Part shown: piece after piece, positions 29,085 through 39,674 of the stretch | Numbering within the stretch: the stretch's first letter is position 1 | How the letters are laid out: each line of letters opens with the position of its first letter | Assembly: GCA_965223705.1 (NCBI GenBank) | Contig: OZ245015.1 | Coordinates: 2,432,001-2,496,000 of the forward strand | From: Myxococcota bacterium | GTDB lineage: Bacteria > Myxococcota_A > UBA9160 > UBA6930 | Direction: 5' to 3' | Length of the DNA stretch: 64,000 bases | The notes under the pieces: generated by a model | Seen by the model: only the letters and a program-made list of their open reading frames with translations | Told to the model about the DNA's origin: nothing | Databases searched by the model: none | Position numbers and translations under genes: made by a program

Positions 29085-30404
29085 TCAGGACTCGTCGTCT
29101 TCCGCGCCGCCCGCGAATACGAGCCTTCCGGCCGCGTCCTGGGCCTCGACGCGCGCTCGGACTTCCGGGCTGAGAGAAAGCGGGCGATCGTCGGGGAAAC
29201 GCCCTTCGAGCAGATCGGGGCGGAGGTGGAACTTCTCGGGATCCACCACGAGGGATTGACTGCGCGCGCCGTTTCGGAGCCAGCGGCGACGCATGAAGTC
29301 CGGATTGAAGAGTGTCTCGCGCTCAGCGTCCGTCCACGTTTGGAGCAGCATCGCATCGTGGCAGCTGTAGGTCACGAGATCGAGGCGTACGTCCCAGTAG
29401 ACACTGTGGGGGTTGGTGTATCCGAAGCCGTCGGGAAGGTCGAGGTTCTGACGCTCCCCCACGCGCACTTGGATCGTACGCAGAGCCCCGTCGGCATCGT
29501 ATTGTTCGATGCGCAGCGGGAAGAAGAAGTGCTGGTCGACCCAGTAGAGGATCCTGGCGATTTGGTACGTGGGCAGCCAATCTCCCCTCGGCACGGCTTC
29601 CACGACGAAGGTGTCGACCCCGCCGTCCGCGCGGTAGTGGGGATAGTCGTCACCCATCATTTGGATCTCGGCGGTGTTCTTCTCGAAGAAGCTCCCGTCG
29701 GCCCGCGAGAGTGTGATCGTCGGTCGCGTTTTTGGGAAACGCACCGTCCGGTCCAGGACATCCGTGCCGACGAGGCGCCATTCGAACTCCCAGGCTTCGA
29801 GGCCGACGATGTCGTCGAACGATTGAACGGAGTCGGGGAACTGCGAATCTCGGCGTGGCGGGGGCTGGCGGCGAACGCGACGAAGCGAGGGTGAGTAGAC
29901 GAAAAAGTCGAGCTTGGTCGGCTGCTCGGGGCCGGTCCGTTTGAGGTGCCAGACTTGTTGTACGCCTTCGTCCCGCGGCGGATACGTGTAGAAGTAGTTC
30001 CAGCGTTGGTAGGTGTCCCCGGGCTTGCTGTAGATGCGACCGGCCGCCCCACCCTCCCCGACGTCGTCGACCATACCGACCGTGATGCCCTCGGTCAGGT
30101 ATCCCTCTTTCGTGATCGAGCCGAACACGTCGGCGAGGGCGTGAGACCAGCTCGCGACGTGGTTGAAGTTCATCAGCCGGTAGCCCATCTCTTCCGCGTT
30201 GAACGGGGCCTGAAACGGGTACGCCTCCTCGGGGATGTACTCGATCTCGGCGTGCCGCGGACCCGGGCCCGAGAGGTCGGCACGTGCGAGCACGTCGGGG
30301 GGGAGGTCCTTCGCCAATCGCCACTCCGCGTCATCGCCCGTCGCCGCGGAAGAGAGCCCCAAGACGACGCCCACGAACACCAGCTGTCGCATACTAAAAC
30401 TCAT
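29085..30404 (-). CDS. DUF1329 / outer-membrane lipoprotein-sorting-like periplasmic protein
   Basis: Signal peptide; YSPSLRRVRR, SFDD, YWVDQ...YDADG; adjacent to a DUF1302-like gene. Confidence 0.75.
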   Translation of the reverse strand: MSFSMRQLVFVGVVLGLSSAATGDDAEWRLAKDLPPDVLARADLSGPGPRHAEIEYIPEEAYPFQAPFNAEEMGYRLMNFNHVASWSHALADVFGSITKEGYLTEGITVGMVDDVGEGGAAGRIYSKPGDTYQRWNYFYTYPPRDEGVQQVWHLKRTGPEQPTKLDFFVYSPSLRRVRRQPPPRRDSQFPDSVQSFDDIVGLEAWEFEWRLVGTDVLDRTVRFPKTRPTITLSRADGSFFEKNTAEIQMMGDDYPHYRADGGVDTFVVEAVPRGDWLPTYQIARILYWVDQHFFFPLRIEQYDADGALRTIQVRVGERQNLDLPDGFGYTNPHSVYWDVRLDLVTYSCHDAMLLQTWTDAERETLFNPDFMRRRWLRNGARSQSLVVDPEKFHLRPDLLEGRFPDDRPLSLSPEVRARVEAQDAAGRLVFAGGAEDDES

Positions 30405-31989
30405 AAGTCAGCTCGATCCCGATGTTGTCATACGTTCGGTACTGACCGAACAAGTCGTCGCTGTCACCGCCCGAATAGTCTGTGTAGATCAGTTTCCCCT
30501 CGATGTACTGGGAGAACTCGTACGCGACGATGTACTTCTGCTTGATACCTTGAAAATTCCGGCTCGGTTGACTGATGTAAGGCGTAATCGTGGCGCTCAC
30601 GCTCAGACGATCGCGCGTGAACCGAAAGGGACGCTCTAGAAACACCACCGGTGCCAAGGCCCACGCATCGCCGACCGCACCTCCGAAGCCGCCACCGAGA
30701 CTCGCCCGCCAGTCTTTCGTGTAGTAGAAGGAAGGTTGAAAAATCAGCGTGGTGTTGTGGGGAAACGCGAACTCGAACGCCACGGCGGCGCGGATCGTGT
30801 CGGTCTCTTTTAATCCGTCGACCGACGTTCCCGCCAGCGCGACGGTGCGTTCCTCGAAATCCGTGAACGGCACGTCTTTGCTGAGCAACGCCTCGACGCG
30901 AAGAACGACCGGCAGGGTCCCGATCGCGGGCACTCCGCTGAGTGTGCCCGAATAGTCCGACGTGAAGCCGAACTGGTGGATGCGACGGTGGCGGCGCTCG
31001 AGCAGCAGATGCGTGCCAGACGCGTCGGTGAAACGTCCCGTGATCGATTCCGACGGATTCTTGTCCCAGGCGTAGAAATAGATCAGCCCAAACGTCCAGG
31101 CGCCTACCGGCCAGTCGATGCGGAACGCGAGCTGGTGGTCGCCGAGGTCGTTCCAGTCCGGTCGGCTTCGGTTGTCGATCCGGTCGCCGCCGGCGTTCAC
31201 AAGGCCCGACAAGAGCGGATCGTCGTGCCGCGCCAGGTCATCCGCCGGAGGAATCAACGGTGAGAACCAGGGCGATCCGTAGGCCGGGTTCTCGTCTCGC
31301 TCGAACTCGGGGATCCACAGGAAGTTGAGCGACACCGGTCCGGCGTAGTAGGTGACGTTCGCCATCCACACCGGGATCCGACGCCGTTCATAGTCCGACG
31401 ACTCGAGTTGAACGGACTCGCGGTTGTCGATCGGGTTGATCACGTCGATGAACTGGCCGTCCATCTTTCCCCACGCGATCTGTTGCTTGCCGAGTACGAC
31501 GTCGAGCTTCAGCGTCCGGTAGGCGATGAACAGTTCCCGGACGATGTCCTTCGAGTCCTCGTATCCGCGGAATCGCTCGTCGACTTTCGGCGCGTAGAGG
31601 CCGTCGGCATCTTCGATGCTGTAGACAGGATCGTAGAGCCCATGAAAAATCCCGCTCAGTTGAAGGCTCTTCGAAACCTGATAACCGACTTCGAGCTCGA
31701 ACAGGTTCTGGAATTGAAGCAAGCGATAATCGCGCTCGCGAAAGCCGACATCGTCGCTCCCGTGGAGCAAAACGTCGGTGCCGAGCGTGTACGTACCGTT
31801 CAGCGATAGTCGCGGCACGCGGCGCTCGATCGGCCGGGTGAGGTAGCGACCACCGGGGTCGAAGACCGCGAGCTCGCGCTCGAACTGGGCCCATCGCTCC
31901 CCAAGACCCGCCGAGGCCATTTGCGGTCCGCTGACGACACTCCCGCAGATGGCCGTGAGCGTCACGAGCAATCGACACCGAACCTTCAT
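30394..31989 (-). CDS. DUF1302-like outer-membrane beta-barrel protein
   Basis: Signal peptide, LGKQQIAWGKMDG, DVINP, FGQY..YDN...LTYEF C-terminus. Confidence 0.75.
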   Translation of the reverse strand: MKVRCRLLVTLTAICGSVVSGPQMASAGLGERWAQFERELAVFDPGGRYLTRPIERRVPRLSLNGTYTLGTDVLLHGSDDVGFRERDYRLLQFQNLFELEVGYQVSKSLQLSGIFHGLYDPVYSIEDADGLYAPKVDERFRGYEDSKDIVRELFIAYRTLKLDVVLGKQQIAWGKMDGQFIDVINPIDNRESVQLESSDYERRRIPVWMANVTYYAGPVSLNFLWIPEFERDENPAYGSPWFSPLIPPADDLARHDDPLLSGLVNAGGDRIDNRSRPDWNDLGDHQLAFRIDWPVGAWTFGLIYFYAWDKNPSESITGRFTDASGTHLLLERRHRRIHQFGFTSDYSGTLSGVPAIGTLPVVLRVEALLSKDVPFTDFEERTVALAGTSVDGLKETDTIRAAVAFEFAFPHNTTLIFQPSFYYTKDWRASLGGGFGGAVGDAWALAPVVFLERPFRFTRDRLSVSATITPYISQPSRNFQGIKQKYIVAYEFSQYIEGKLIYTDYSGGDSDDLFGQYRTYDNIGIELTYEF

Positions 31990-32081
31990 CCGCCCTCCGC
32001 CCCCTTGCTATTCCCGGGGCCCGCGGAGTATGACAGACGTATAAATGGGTGGCTCACGGACGCGCTGCCCGGGAAGGCCGT

Positions 32082-34031
32082 ATGTACGATCGACTTTTCG
32101 AGCCGGGCAAGATCGGGAAGATGCGGCTCAAGAACCGAATCATCCGCGCACCGAATACGACCCTCTACGCGTCGCCCAAGGACGGTTCGGTCACGCAGCT
32201 CCTGCTCGACCACTACGCCGTTGAGGCCGCCGGTGGCTGCGGACTCTGCATGGTCGAAGCGTCGTCGGTCGACGTGAATTCGCGCCTCCAGTACGGCGAG
32301 CCCACCCTCGATTCCGACTACGCGCTGGGCGGCCTGTGGAATCTCGCAGAGACCATCAAGCTGAACGGCGCGAAGGCCGGGATCCAGCTGATACACGCCG
32401 GACGTCAGTGTCTCGTGCAAGAGAAGACGCCGGTCGCGCCGTCGCCCCGTCAAGACGGCTACTTCCGTGTCAAGCCTCGCGCTCTCGATGGAGCAGAAAT
32501 CGAGCGCATCCTCGATGCGTTCGCGGACGCGGTGGACCGAGCCAAACGCGCGGGCTTCGATTGCATCGAATACCACGGCGCCCACGGGTATCTGCCCGCG
32601 GAGTTCCTCTCCCGCGAAGCGAACCACCGAACCGACGATTGGGGCGGTTCCCTCGAGAACCGGGCCCGTTTCGGCCTCGAGCTGGTGCGTCGAACGCGCG
32701 AAAAGGTGGGCTCCGACTATCCGCTGATCTACCGCTTCAGTGCGGAAGACTATGTGGAGGACGGCGTCACACTCGATGAATCCATTCAGTTCGCGCAGTG
32801 GCTCGAAGAAGCGGGAGTCGACGCTCTCGACGTCTCGGCCGGAACCGGAGAGGTCTGGGAACACACCGTCGCCCCGACCCACTTTCCGTACGGCAACCTC
32901 GTCCACTTGGCGGAAGCCATCAAGAAAGAGGTAACGATCCCCGTGATCGCGGTGGGCGCGATCAACGAGCCCGCGCAAGCCGAGGAGATCCTCGCCGCGG
33001 GCAAGGCCGACTACGTGGCCCTGTGCCGAGCGATCACAGCGGACCCCGAGTGGCCCAAGAAAGCAGCACTCGGACGCGCGGACGAAATCCGGCCCTGTAT
33101 CCGCTGCAACGACTGCCTCGACACGATCTTGCCCGGAACGCCGATGCGTTGCCGCGTGAACTTTCTCGAAGGCCGCGAGTCGATGTACCAACTGAGGCAC
33201 GCACGCGAGCCGAAGAGGGTCGTCGTCGCGGGTGGCGGCGCGGCGGGAATGGAGGCTGCGCGAACGGCGTACTATCGGGGCCACGACGTCACGTTGATTG
33301 AGAGAGCACCTGAGCTCGGCGGATTGCTCATTCCGGCCTGCGTCATCCCGACCAAGGAAGACCTCAACAAGCTGTTCCAGTGGTACGTGCGCGAGATGAC
33401 GCGACTGCCGATTCGGGTCCTCACGGGCACGGAAGCCACTCCAGAGCTCGTGCGCGAGCTCGGCGCCGATGCGCTCATCGTCGCCACGGGTCACGGGGAC
33501 GTCGCCGCGAAACCGAAGGGCCTGCGGGGTCTCGAGCATCCGACCGTGATCACCGCGATGGACCTCCTGTCGGGCCGCGAAGAAATTCGCGACAGCATCG
33601 TCATCGGCGGCGGATTCATGGGATGTGACATCGCTCAACACATTGCCGGAACCGGTGCAAGAGTCACCATGTTGACCCGCTACGAACGGGGCCAGGTCGG
33701 CGGCACCGTCGGGTTCTTCACCCGGAACTCGCTCTTCGAACTGCTCGAGCGAATGGGCGTCGAGATCCGAGATCAGGTGGACTACCGGGAAGTCACGGAC
33801 GAAGGCGTTTGGGTGCTCACCCGAGACGGCGAGCGCGAGCTCATCCCCGGTGAGCGCGTGGTGCTCGCGAACGGATTCCGCGTCGATCTCGATCGACGCG
33901 CTCGCTGGGAAGGATGTGCCGACGAGGTGTATCAAGTCGGCAATTGCATCGACCCAGCGAACATTCACGGGACCACCCGCCAAGCCAACGCCGCGGTCTA
34001 TCGCATCGGCGCCGACGGAGCGATCTGCTGA
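32082..34031 (+). CDS. NADH:flavin oxidoreductase (OYE-like, with Fe-S and FAD domains)
   Basis: LKNRI, HGAHGYL, NHRTDDWGGSLENRARF, CIRCNDC...C, GGGAAG. Confidence 0.92.
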   Translation: MYDRLFEPGKIGKMRLKNRIIRAPNTTLYASPKDGSVTQLLLDHYAVEAAGGCGLCMVEASSVDVNSRLQYGEPTLDSDYALGGLWNLAETIKLNGAKAGIQLIHAGRQCLVQEKTPVAPSPRQDGYFRVKPRALDGAEIERILDAFADAVDRAKRAGFDCIEYHGAHGYLPAEFLSREANHRTDDWGGSLENRARFGLELVRRTREKVGSDYPLIYRFSAEDYVEDGVTLDESIQFAQWLEEAGVDALDVSAGTGEVWEHTVAPTHFPYGNLVHLAEAIKKEVTIPVIAVGAINEPAQAEEILAAGKADYVALCRAITADPEWPKKAALGRADEIRPCIRCNDCLDTILPGTPMRCRVNFLEGRESMYQLRHAREPKRVVVAGGGAAGMEAARTAYYRGHDVTLIERAPELGGLLIPACVIPTKEDLNKLFQWYVREMTRLPIRVLTGTEATPELVRELGADALIVATGHGDVAAKPKGLRGLEHPTVITAMDLLSGREEIRDSIVIGGGFMGCDIAQHIAGTGARVTMLTRYERGQVGGTVGFFTRNSLFELLERMGVEIRDQVDYREVTDEGVWVLTRDGERELIPGERVVLANGFRVDLDRRARWEGCADEVYQVGNCIDPANIHGTTRQANAAVYRIGADGAIC

Positions 34032-34039
34032 GGGAACCG

Positions 34040-35101
34040 TTGCCGATCGTCCGTCCCCACGAGGTCACCGCAGCCTGGCTGACCGGCGCGCTTCAGGCGA
34101 ATGAAATCGACTCGGAAGTCGTATCGTTCGAGGCCGAGACAGTCGGAACGGGTCAACTCGGAGAGACGCGACGCTTCTACTTGAACTACCGCGGACACCC
34201 TCCCGAAGGAGCCCCCGCTTCGGTCGTGGGCAAGTTCACGTCGGATAACCCCGTGGCTGCCGCAAGCGGCCGGGAAATGGGATTTTACCGCTCGGAGGTC
34301 ATGTTCTACCGCGAGCTCGCGCACCGCGCGAAAATCCGCACGCCCGATGTCTTTGTCGCGGAGCTCCACCCCGAAACGAACGAGTTCGTCCTGCTCCTCG
34401 AAGATCTCGCGCCCGCGGTACAGGGTGACCACATGAGCGGCTGCTCGGTCGCAGACGCCGCGGCGGCCCTCGAGGAAGCGGCGCGACTTCACGCGGCGTT
34501 CTGGAACGACCGTGTGCTCATGGAACAGCCCTGGCTCTACGTGCCCCAAGGCGCCCAAGGCTTTTACACGACCGAACTGATGGAGTCGTCGTGGAAGCAT
34601 TTCGAGGCGACCTACGCGCACCGCTTGGAGCCCGAAGTGATCGCTGTGTGCGATCGTTTCATCCGCCACCACGCCGCCTGGAACGCGCCCCGCGATTTCC
34701 CCAAGACCTTCTCCCACAACGATTTTCGGGTCGACAACATGCTCTTTGGCGGATCGCGTATCGCCGTCGTCGACTGGCAGACGAGTAACTTTCTCGGGGC
34801 CGGAATGGATGTGGCCTACTTCCTCGGTGGGGCGTTCGACCGGGAGACCCGGCGCGAAGTGGAAGTCTCCCTCCTCGGCGCTTACCACGAAGCGCTCGGT
34901 CGAGAAGGCGTTCGCGACTACGCCTTTGATCAATTGATGGCCGACTACCGCCACTACGCTTTTGCGGTTCTCGCCGTTGCGATCGCCGCGACGGTGATCG
35001 TCAAGCAAACCGAGCGAGGCGACCGGCTCTTCATGAAGATGGTGACCGACGGAGCCCACCAGATTCTCGACAACGACGCCCTCGACGTCCTTCCGGCGTA
35101 A
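34040..35101 (+). CDS. Phosphotransferase (APH/ecdysteroid kinase-like)
   Basis: LLLEDL, HNDFRVDN, VVDWQ; TTG start. Confidence 0.85.
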   Translation: MPIVRPHEVTAAWLTGALQANEIDSEVVSFEAETVGTGQLGETRRFYLNYRGHPPEGAPASVVGKFTSDNPVAAASGREMGFYRSEVMFYRELAHRAKIRTPDVFVAELHPETNEFVLLLEDLAPAVQGDHMSGCSVADAAAALEEAARLHAAFWNDRVLMEQPWLYVPQGAQGFYTTELMESSWKHFEATYAHRLEPEVIAVCDRFIRHHAAWNAPRDFPKTFSHNDFRVDNMLFGGSRIAVVDWQTSNFLGAGMDVAYFLGGAFDRETRREVEVSLLGAYHEALGREGVRDYAFDQLMADYRHYAFAVLAVAIAATVIVKQTERGDRLFMKMVTDGAHQILDNDALDVLPA

Positions 35102-35105
35102 CCTC

Positions 35106-35777
35106 ATGGAACTCGCGAAACCCCACCTCGATCTGGGCCTCTTCACGACCGAAATCGCGGCGCACAGAAGCTTCTGGTCGGACCGCGTCGGACTCCGACT
35201 CGATCACGAGCTCGCGATGGACAACGGATGGGTGCAGCACCGCTACGACGCTCACGGATCCGTGATCAAGGTCAATCACGTCACCCGGGAGCTGCCCGAT
35301 TCGCGGCCCTCGGGCTACGCCGCCCTTCACCTCGTTTCAGAGACGCCGGAATCCCACGTACATCCCGGAGGCGACCGCATCGAATGCGTTCGCGCCGGAC
35401 AAAACGGCCTGGTCGGGATCGGGGTCTCCGTTCGTTCCCCCGAACCCGCTCGACTGATGGACTTCTACCTCGGGGCGATGGAATTCGAAGAAGTCGGACC
35501 GCTGACCGCTCGCTGCGGAGACTCCATGCTGTTTGTCGAACATGGCGACATATGCGCGCCGCAGAAGGACTTCATCGCCCCGAACTTCCGCTATCTCACC
35601 GTTCAGATCTTCGATGCCGACGAAGCTTGCGATGGAGTGGTTCGCCGCGGAGGCACCTTGGGGCGAGCGCCGGTGAGCTTTCGCAACGTCGCGCGGTACG
35701 GTTTCGTCTGCGACCCCGACGGAAACTGGATCGAACTCTCGGCACGGACTTCCCTCACCGGCGTCGCTCCCAAGTAG
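35106..35777 (+). CDS. VOC/glyoxalase family protein
   Basis: Two betaalphabetabetabeta modules; DPDGNWIEL. Confidence 0.85.
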   Translation: MELAKPHLDLGLFTTEIAAHRSFWSDRVGLRLDHELAMDNGWVQHRYDAHGSVIKVNHVTRELPDSRPSGYAALHLVSETPESHVHPGGDRIECVRAGQNGLVGIGVSVRSPEPARLMDFYLGAMEFEEVGPLTARCGDSMLFVEHGDICAPQKDFIAPNFRYLTVQIFDADEACDGVVRRGGTLGRAPVSFRNVARYGFVCDPDGNWIELSARTSLTGVAPK

Positions 35778-35787
35778 CGGTGCGTCC

Positions 35788-36546
35788 CTAGCCCCGCCCG
35801 ATGTAAGGCATCTTCGTCGCGGTGAGCGTCATGAACTGGACGTTGGCGTCGAGGGGTAAGCGCGCCATGGCCAGTACGGCGTCGGCTACGTGCGCTACGT
35901 CGAAAGTGGGTTCGCTGGCGATGCGGCCGTTCGCTTGTGCGATCCCCTCGGCCATGGGCCGGGTCAAGTCGGTTTCGGCATTACCGATATCGATCTGACC
36001 GCAGGCGATGTCGTAGGCGCGTCCGTCGAGAGCCGTCGAGCGCGTGAGGCCGGTCATGCCGTGTTTCGTGGCCGTGTACGGTGCGGAGTTCGGGCGCGGC
36101 ACGTGTGCCGAGATCGATCCGTTGTTGATGATGCGTCCGCCGCGAGGCTCCTGCCGCTTCATGATCCGAAACGCTTCCTGGGTACACAAGAAGGCGCCTG
36201 TCAGGTTCGTCGCCACGACGCGTTGCCACTGATCGAAGCGGAGCTCTTCGAGCGGCACCGGAGGCGCCCCGACTCCCGCGTTGTTGAACAGCAGGTCCAG
36301 CCGACCAAAGGCCGCGACGGTGGCGCGAAAGAGCGCTGCCACGGCATCCGGATCCGCGACGTCCGTCGGCACGGTCAGCAAGCGATCGCGGCCTTCCCGG
36401 GCTTCGGCCGCGGTCTCTTGGAGCTTCGCTTCGTCGCGCCCCGCGATCGCCACCGAATAGCCCTCTGCGAGGAGCGCGAGCGCGCAACTCCGACCGATTC
36501 CGCGCCCGCCCCCGGTCACGATCGCCACACGCGGGTTCGCAGGCAC
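35788..36546 (-). CDS. Short-chain dehydrogenase/reductase
   Basis: [17 protein letters not shown]. Confidence 0.93.
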   Translation of the reverse strand: MPANPRVAIVTGGGRGIGRSCALALLAEGYSVAIAGRDEAKLQETAAEAREGRDRLLTVPTDVADPDAVAALFRATVAAFGRLDLLFNNAGVGAPPVPLEELRFDQWQRVVATNLTGAFLCTQEAFRIMKRQEPRGGRIINNGSISAHVPRPNSAPYTATKHGMTGLTRSTALDGRAYDIACGQIDIGNAETDLTRPMAEGIAQANGRIASEPTFDVAHVADAVLAMARLPLDANVQFMTLTATKMPYIGRG

Positions 36547-36741
36547 CTACACACCCTCCGGGATACCGAGACCGCTCGCCGCGCAGTGCTCGCGGATCTT
36601 GGCGCGGGTTTCGGACATTTCGCGGTTGCATTCGATAACGCCCTCGAGCATGTCATCCCGCTCGTAGGCCTCGCGCTCGCGCTCTTGTCGGGCGAGCTCT
36701 CCCAGCAGTGCGTCGAGCGTGGTTTTCGGGTCGTCTCCCAT
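36547..36741 (-). CDS. Small hypothetical helical protein (64 aa)
   Basis: Fills the gap and abuts the SDR start; TACCGT -10-like box 6 nt before the ATG. Confidence 0.6.
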   Translation of the reverse strand: MGDDPKTTLDALLGELARQEREREAYERDDMLEGVIECNREMSETRAKIREHCAASGLGIPEGV

Positions 36742-36796
36742 CGTGCGACGGTAGCCGAGGATTGACGGTCCGAGAGCCGGCCGGTAACGAGCGCCC

Positions 36797-37519
36797 ATGG
36801 GAAGGATCCGCCGGCGCCGGTATGCGACCCGCCGCCGCCCGCGAAAACGCGCTCGCCCCCTCCTCCGCGGGGTCGCCCTCGCGCTCGCGGCGATTCTCAC
36901 CGGGACGCTCCTCTGCGTGACACCGTGGGCATTCGTCGACCCACCGACCACCGCGTTCATGGTTCGCTCGCGGCTCGAGACCGGCGTCTGGCCGGAGCAG
37001 CGTTGGGTGCCGCTGCGCGTCGTTGCGGACGCCGTCGTCGTCTGTGCCCTGGCCGCCGAAGATCAGAAGTTCGCGCTTCACCACGGATTCGATTTTGAAT
37101 CGATCCAAAAGGTCTTGTCGGAAGACGGGCGGCGGCGCGGCGCGAGCACGATCACCCAACAAACCGTCAAGAATCTTTACCTCTGGCCCGGAAGAAGCTG
37201 GTTGCGCAAGGGCTTAGAGGCGTATCTGACGGTGTTTGTCGAACTGTTGTGGCCCAAACGGAGGATCCTCGAGGTGTATCTCAATGTGGCCCAATTCGGG
37301 CCGGGCCTCTTCGGCGTCGGTGCGGCGAGCCAGAGGTTCTTCCAGAAACCGCCCCATGCGCTGGATTTCAATGACGCGGCACTCCTCGTTGCGGTTCTTC
37401 CGAACCCGGAGGCTCGGTCTCCGACCCGACCGACAGAAGCGCTTCTGGAACGCGCGGCGGCAATTCGGCGCGCAGCGCGAACGCTCGGGCCGGCGTACCT
37501 CTCCGAGGTCCTTCGGTAG
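36797..37519 (+). CDS. mtgA: Monofunctional peptidoglycan transglycosylase
   Basis: EDQKF..HHGFD, RGASTITQQTVKNL, RKGLE, KRRILEVYLN. Confidence 0.93.
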   Translation: MGRIRRRRYATRRRPRKRARPLLRGVALALAAILTGTLLCVTPWAFVDPPTTAFMVRSRLETGVWPEQRWVPLRVVADAVVVCALAAEDQKFALHHGFDFESIQKVLSEDGRRRGASTITQQTVKNLYLWPGRSWLRKGLEAYLTVFVELLWPKRRILEVYLNVAQFGPGLFGVGAASQRFFQKPPHALDFNDAALLVAVLPNPEARSPTRPTEALLERAAAIRRAARTLGPAYLSEVLR

Positions 37520-37594
37520 CCCACTTGTGGTAGCTTCACGGTGTGCAACATCCCGTCTTTGAACGGGAATTGAGACCGAAAACAGAGAGGCGCG

Positions 37595-39664
37595 ATGCAG
37601 TACATCCTCGGCGTCGATATCGGTGGGACCTTCACCGACTTCTCCCTGATCGACGGCAACGGCGAGATCACGCTCTGGAAAGAAGCCACCACCCCGCGCG
37701 ACCCCGCCGAGGCGGTTCAGCGGGGAATCCGCAACCTCGCGGAGGCCACGGGCGTACCCCTCGAAACGTTCCTCGGTCGCCTCGACCTATTCGTTCACGG
37801 GCAGACGATCGCGACGAACACCGTCATCCAACGCAACGGGCCGAAGACCGCGCTGATCTGCACCGAAGGCTTTCGGGACATCCTGCACTTTCGCGACGGC
37901 TTCAAACCCGACCGGTACAACATCCAGCTGAAACCCCCGGAGGATTTCGTCCCTCGGTACCTGCGCGTCCCGGTGACCGAGCGGATCAACTACCGCGGCG
38001 ACGTAACCATTCCCCTCGACGAAGCGTCGGTCCGAGCCGCGGCGGCGAGACTCTGCGAAGCCGGCGTCGAATCCGTCGCCGTCGCGCTGCTCTGGTCGAT
38101 CATGAATGACGATCACGAGCGGCGCGTGAAAGCGATCCTCGAGGAAGAGCTCCCAGGCGTCCCGGTCGTCTTGAGCTGCGACGTGCTCCCGATGATTCGC
38201 GAATGGGAACGAACCACCTGCACGGTGTTGTCCGCCTACGTCTTGCCCGGCATCTCGACCTATACCGTCGAGCTCGAAAAGTTCCTGGCGAGCCATGGGT
38301 TTCCCCATCCGCTGCTGATCATGCAGCTGAACGGCGGCGCCTCGACGGTGCCGAAAGTCCTTCACCGGCCGATCTATTCGTTGGCTTCCGGCCCGGCAGC
38401 GGCGCCCATGGCCGGACTCCACTGCTCGGAACGCATCGGAATCTCCGACGTGATCACCGTCGACATGGGCGGTACGAGCTTCGACGTTTCGATGGTCCAC
38501 GACGGCTCTCCGCAACTGACGCGCGAGCTTCGTGTCCACGAGATGCCCGTCGGTGTCGCGGCGGTCGATGTCCACTCCGTCGGCGCGGGCGGTGGCAGCA
38601 TCGCCTGGATCGACAAGGGCGGAGCGCTCCAGGTCGGCCCGCAAAGCGCCGGGGCGGAGCCGGGCCCGGCCTGTTACGGCCAGGGAGGCGCCGAGCCGAC
38701 CTGCACGGACGCGAACGTGGTCCTCGGCTACATCAACCCGGATTTCTTCCTCGGCGGCCGGCGGGAGATCGATACCCAGCTGTCCGAGAACGCGATCCGA
38801 GAACACATCGCGGATCCTCTCGAGCTGTCGGTACCCGAAGCCGCGCACGGCATCTTCCGCATCATCAACCACAACATGGTCGACGCGATCCGCGTCGTCT
38901 CCATCGAGCGCGGGATCGACCCGCGCAATTTCGCACTGGTGGTCGGCGGCGGGGCCGGCGCGATTCACGCCGGGATGCTCGGCCGAGCCCTGGGAATGAA
39001 ACGGGCGATCGTCCCGCGTTACGGGGGCGTTTTCTGCTCTTTCGGCATGATCGTCTCGGACGTCCGCCACGATCACATGCAAGCCCAGGCGATCAACACC
39101 GATCGCTTCGACCTCGGCCTCGCCAACCGGGTCATCCGGGATCTCGAAGAAAAGGCGATGAACGAGATGGTCGAAGAGGGCTTCCCGGAAGGCACGGTCA
39201 CTTTGACCCGCTACGCCGACGCGAAGTACCCGGCCCAAATTCACGAGCTGACGATCCCCATCGAAAGCACGGAAGAACTGACAGAAGCCGACGTCCAGAA
39301 AATCGAGGCGACGTTCCACGACCTCCACGAACGCATGTTCAGCTACAGCGTTCGCGAGAGTTCCGTCGACCTCTTCCATTGGCGCGTGGTGGCGACGCGG
39401 AAAGTCGAACATCCCACCGTGCCGAACCTGCAGCGCACGACACAGTCGGAGAGCATCGCGAAGAAGGGAACCCGCGAGGTCTACTTCGGCGATATCAACT
39501 CGTACCGCAAAACCGACATCTACGACGGAGATGCCCTCGAATACGGCATGACGGTGACCGGGCCGGCGGTGGTGGAGCAGGCGACGACCACGGTTGTCGT
39601 TTTCCAGGGACAACGTCTAGAAGTGAACGAGTTCGGCGACTTCGTCCTCGAACTCGAAGCCTAG
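37595..39664 (+). CDS. Hydantoinase/oxoprolinase subunit A
   Basis: DIGGTFTD, SGPAA, DMGGTSFD, GAGGGSIA, SAGAEPGPACY. Confidence 0.94.
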   Translation: MQYILGVDIGGTFTDFSLIDGNGEITLWKEATTPRDPAEAVQRGIRNLAEATGVPLETFLGRLDLFVHGQTIATNTVIQRNGPKTALICTEGFRDILHFRDGFKPDRYNIQLKPPEDFVPRYLRVPVTERINYRGDVTIPLDEASVRAAAARLCEAGVESVAVALLWSIMNDDHERRVKAILEEELPGVPVVLSCDVLPMIREWERTTCTVLSAYVLPGISTYTVELEKFLASHGFPHPLLIMQLNGGASTVPKVLHRPIYSLASGPAAAPMAGLHCSERIGISDVITVDMGGTSFDVSMVHDGSPQLTRELRVHEMPVGVAAVDVHSVGAGGGSIAWIDKGGALQVGPQSAGAEPGPACYGQGGAEPTCTDANVVLGYINPDFFLGGRREIDTQLSENAIREHIADPLELSVPEAAHGIFRIINHNMVDAIRVVSIERGIDPRNFALVVGGGAGAIHAGMLGRALGMKRAIVPRYGGVFCSFGMIVSDVRHDHMQAQAINTDRFDLGLANRVIRDLEEKAMNEMVEEGFPEGTVTLTRYADAKYPAQIHELTIPIESTEELTEADVQKIEATFHDLHERMFSYSVRESSVDLFHWRVVATRKVEHPTVPNLQRTTQSESIAKKGTREVYFGDINSYRKTDIYDGDALEYGMTVTGPAVVEQATTTVVVFQGQRLEVNEFGDFVLELEA

Positions 39665-39674
39665 GAGGACCGCG

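Noticed and set aside
31986..33983. Long antisense or alternate-frame ORFs (also 93-881, 11375-13471, 37787-39613, 53692-55452, 57126-59207)
   Set aside because: They are shadow ORFs of well-supported genes, expected in high-GC DNA, and carry no recognisable motifs.
36544..36549. TAG immediately followed by an in-frame GTG, a possible readthrough fusion into the SDR
   Set aside because: A GGAGG SD is correctly spaced before the GTG and the SDR is complete by itself, so ordinary translational coupling explains it.
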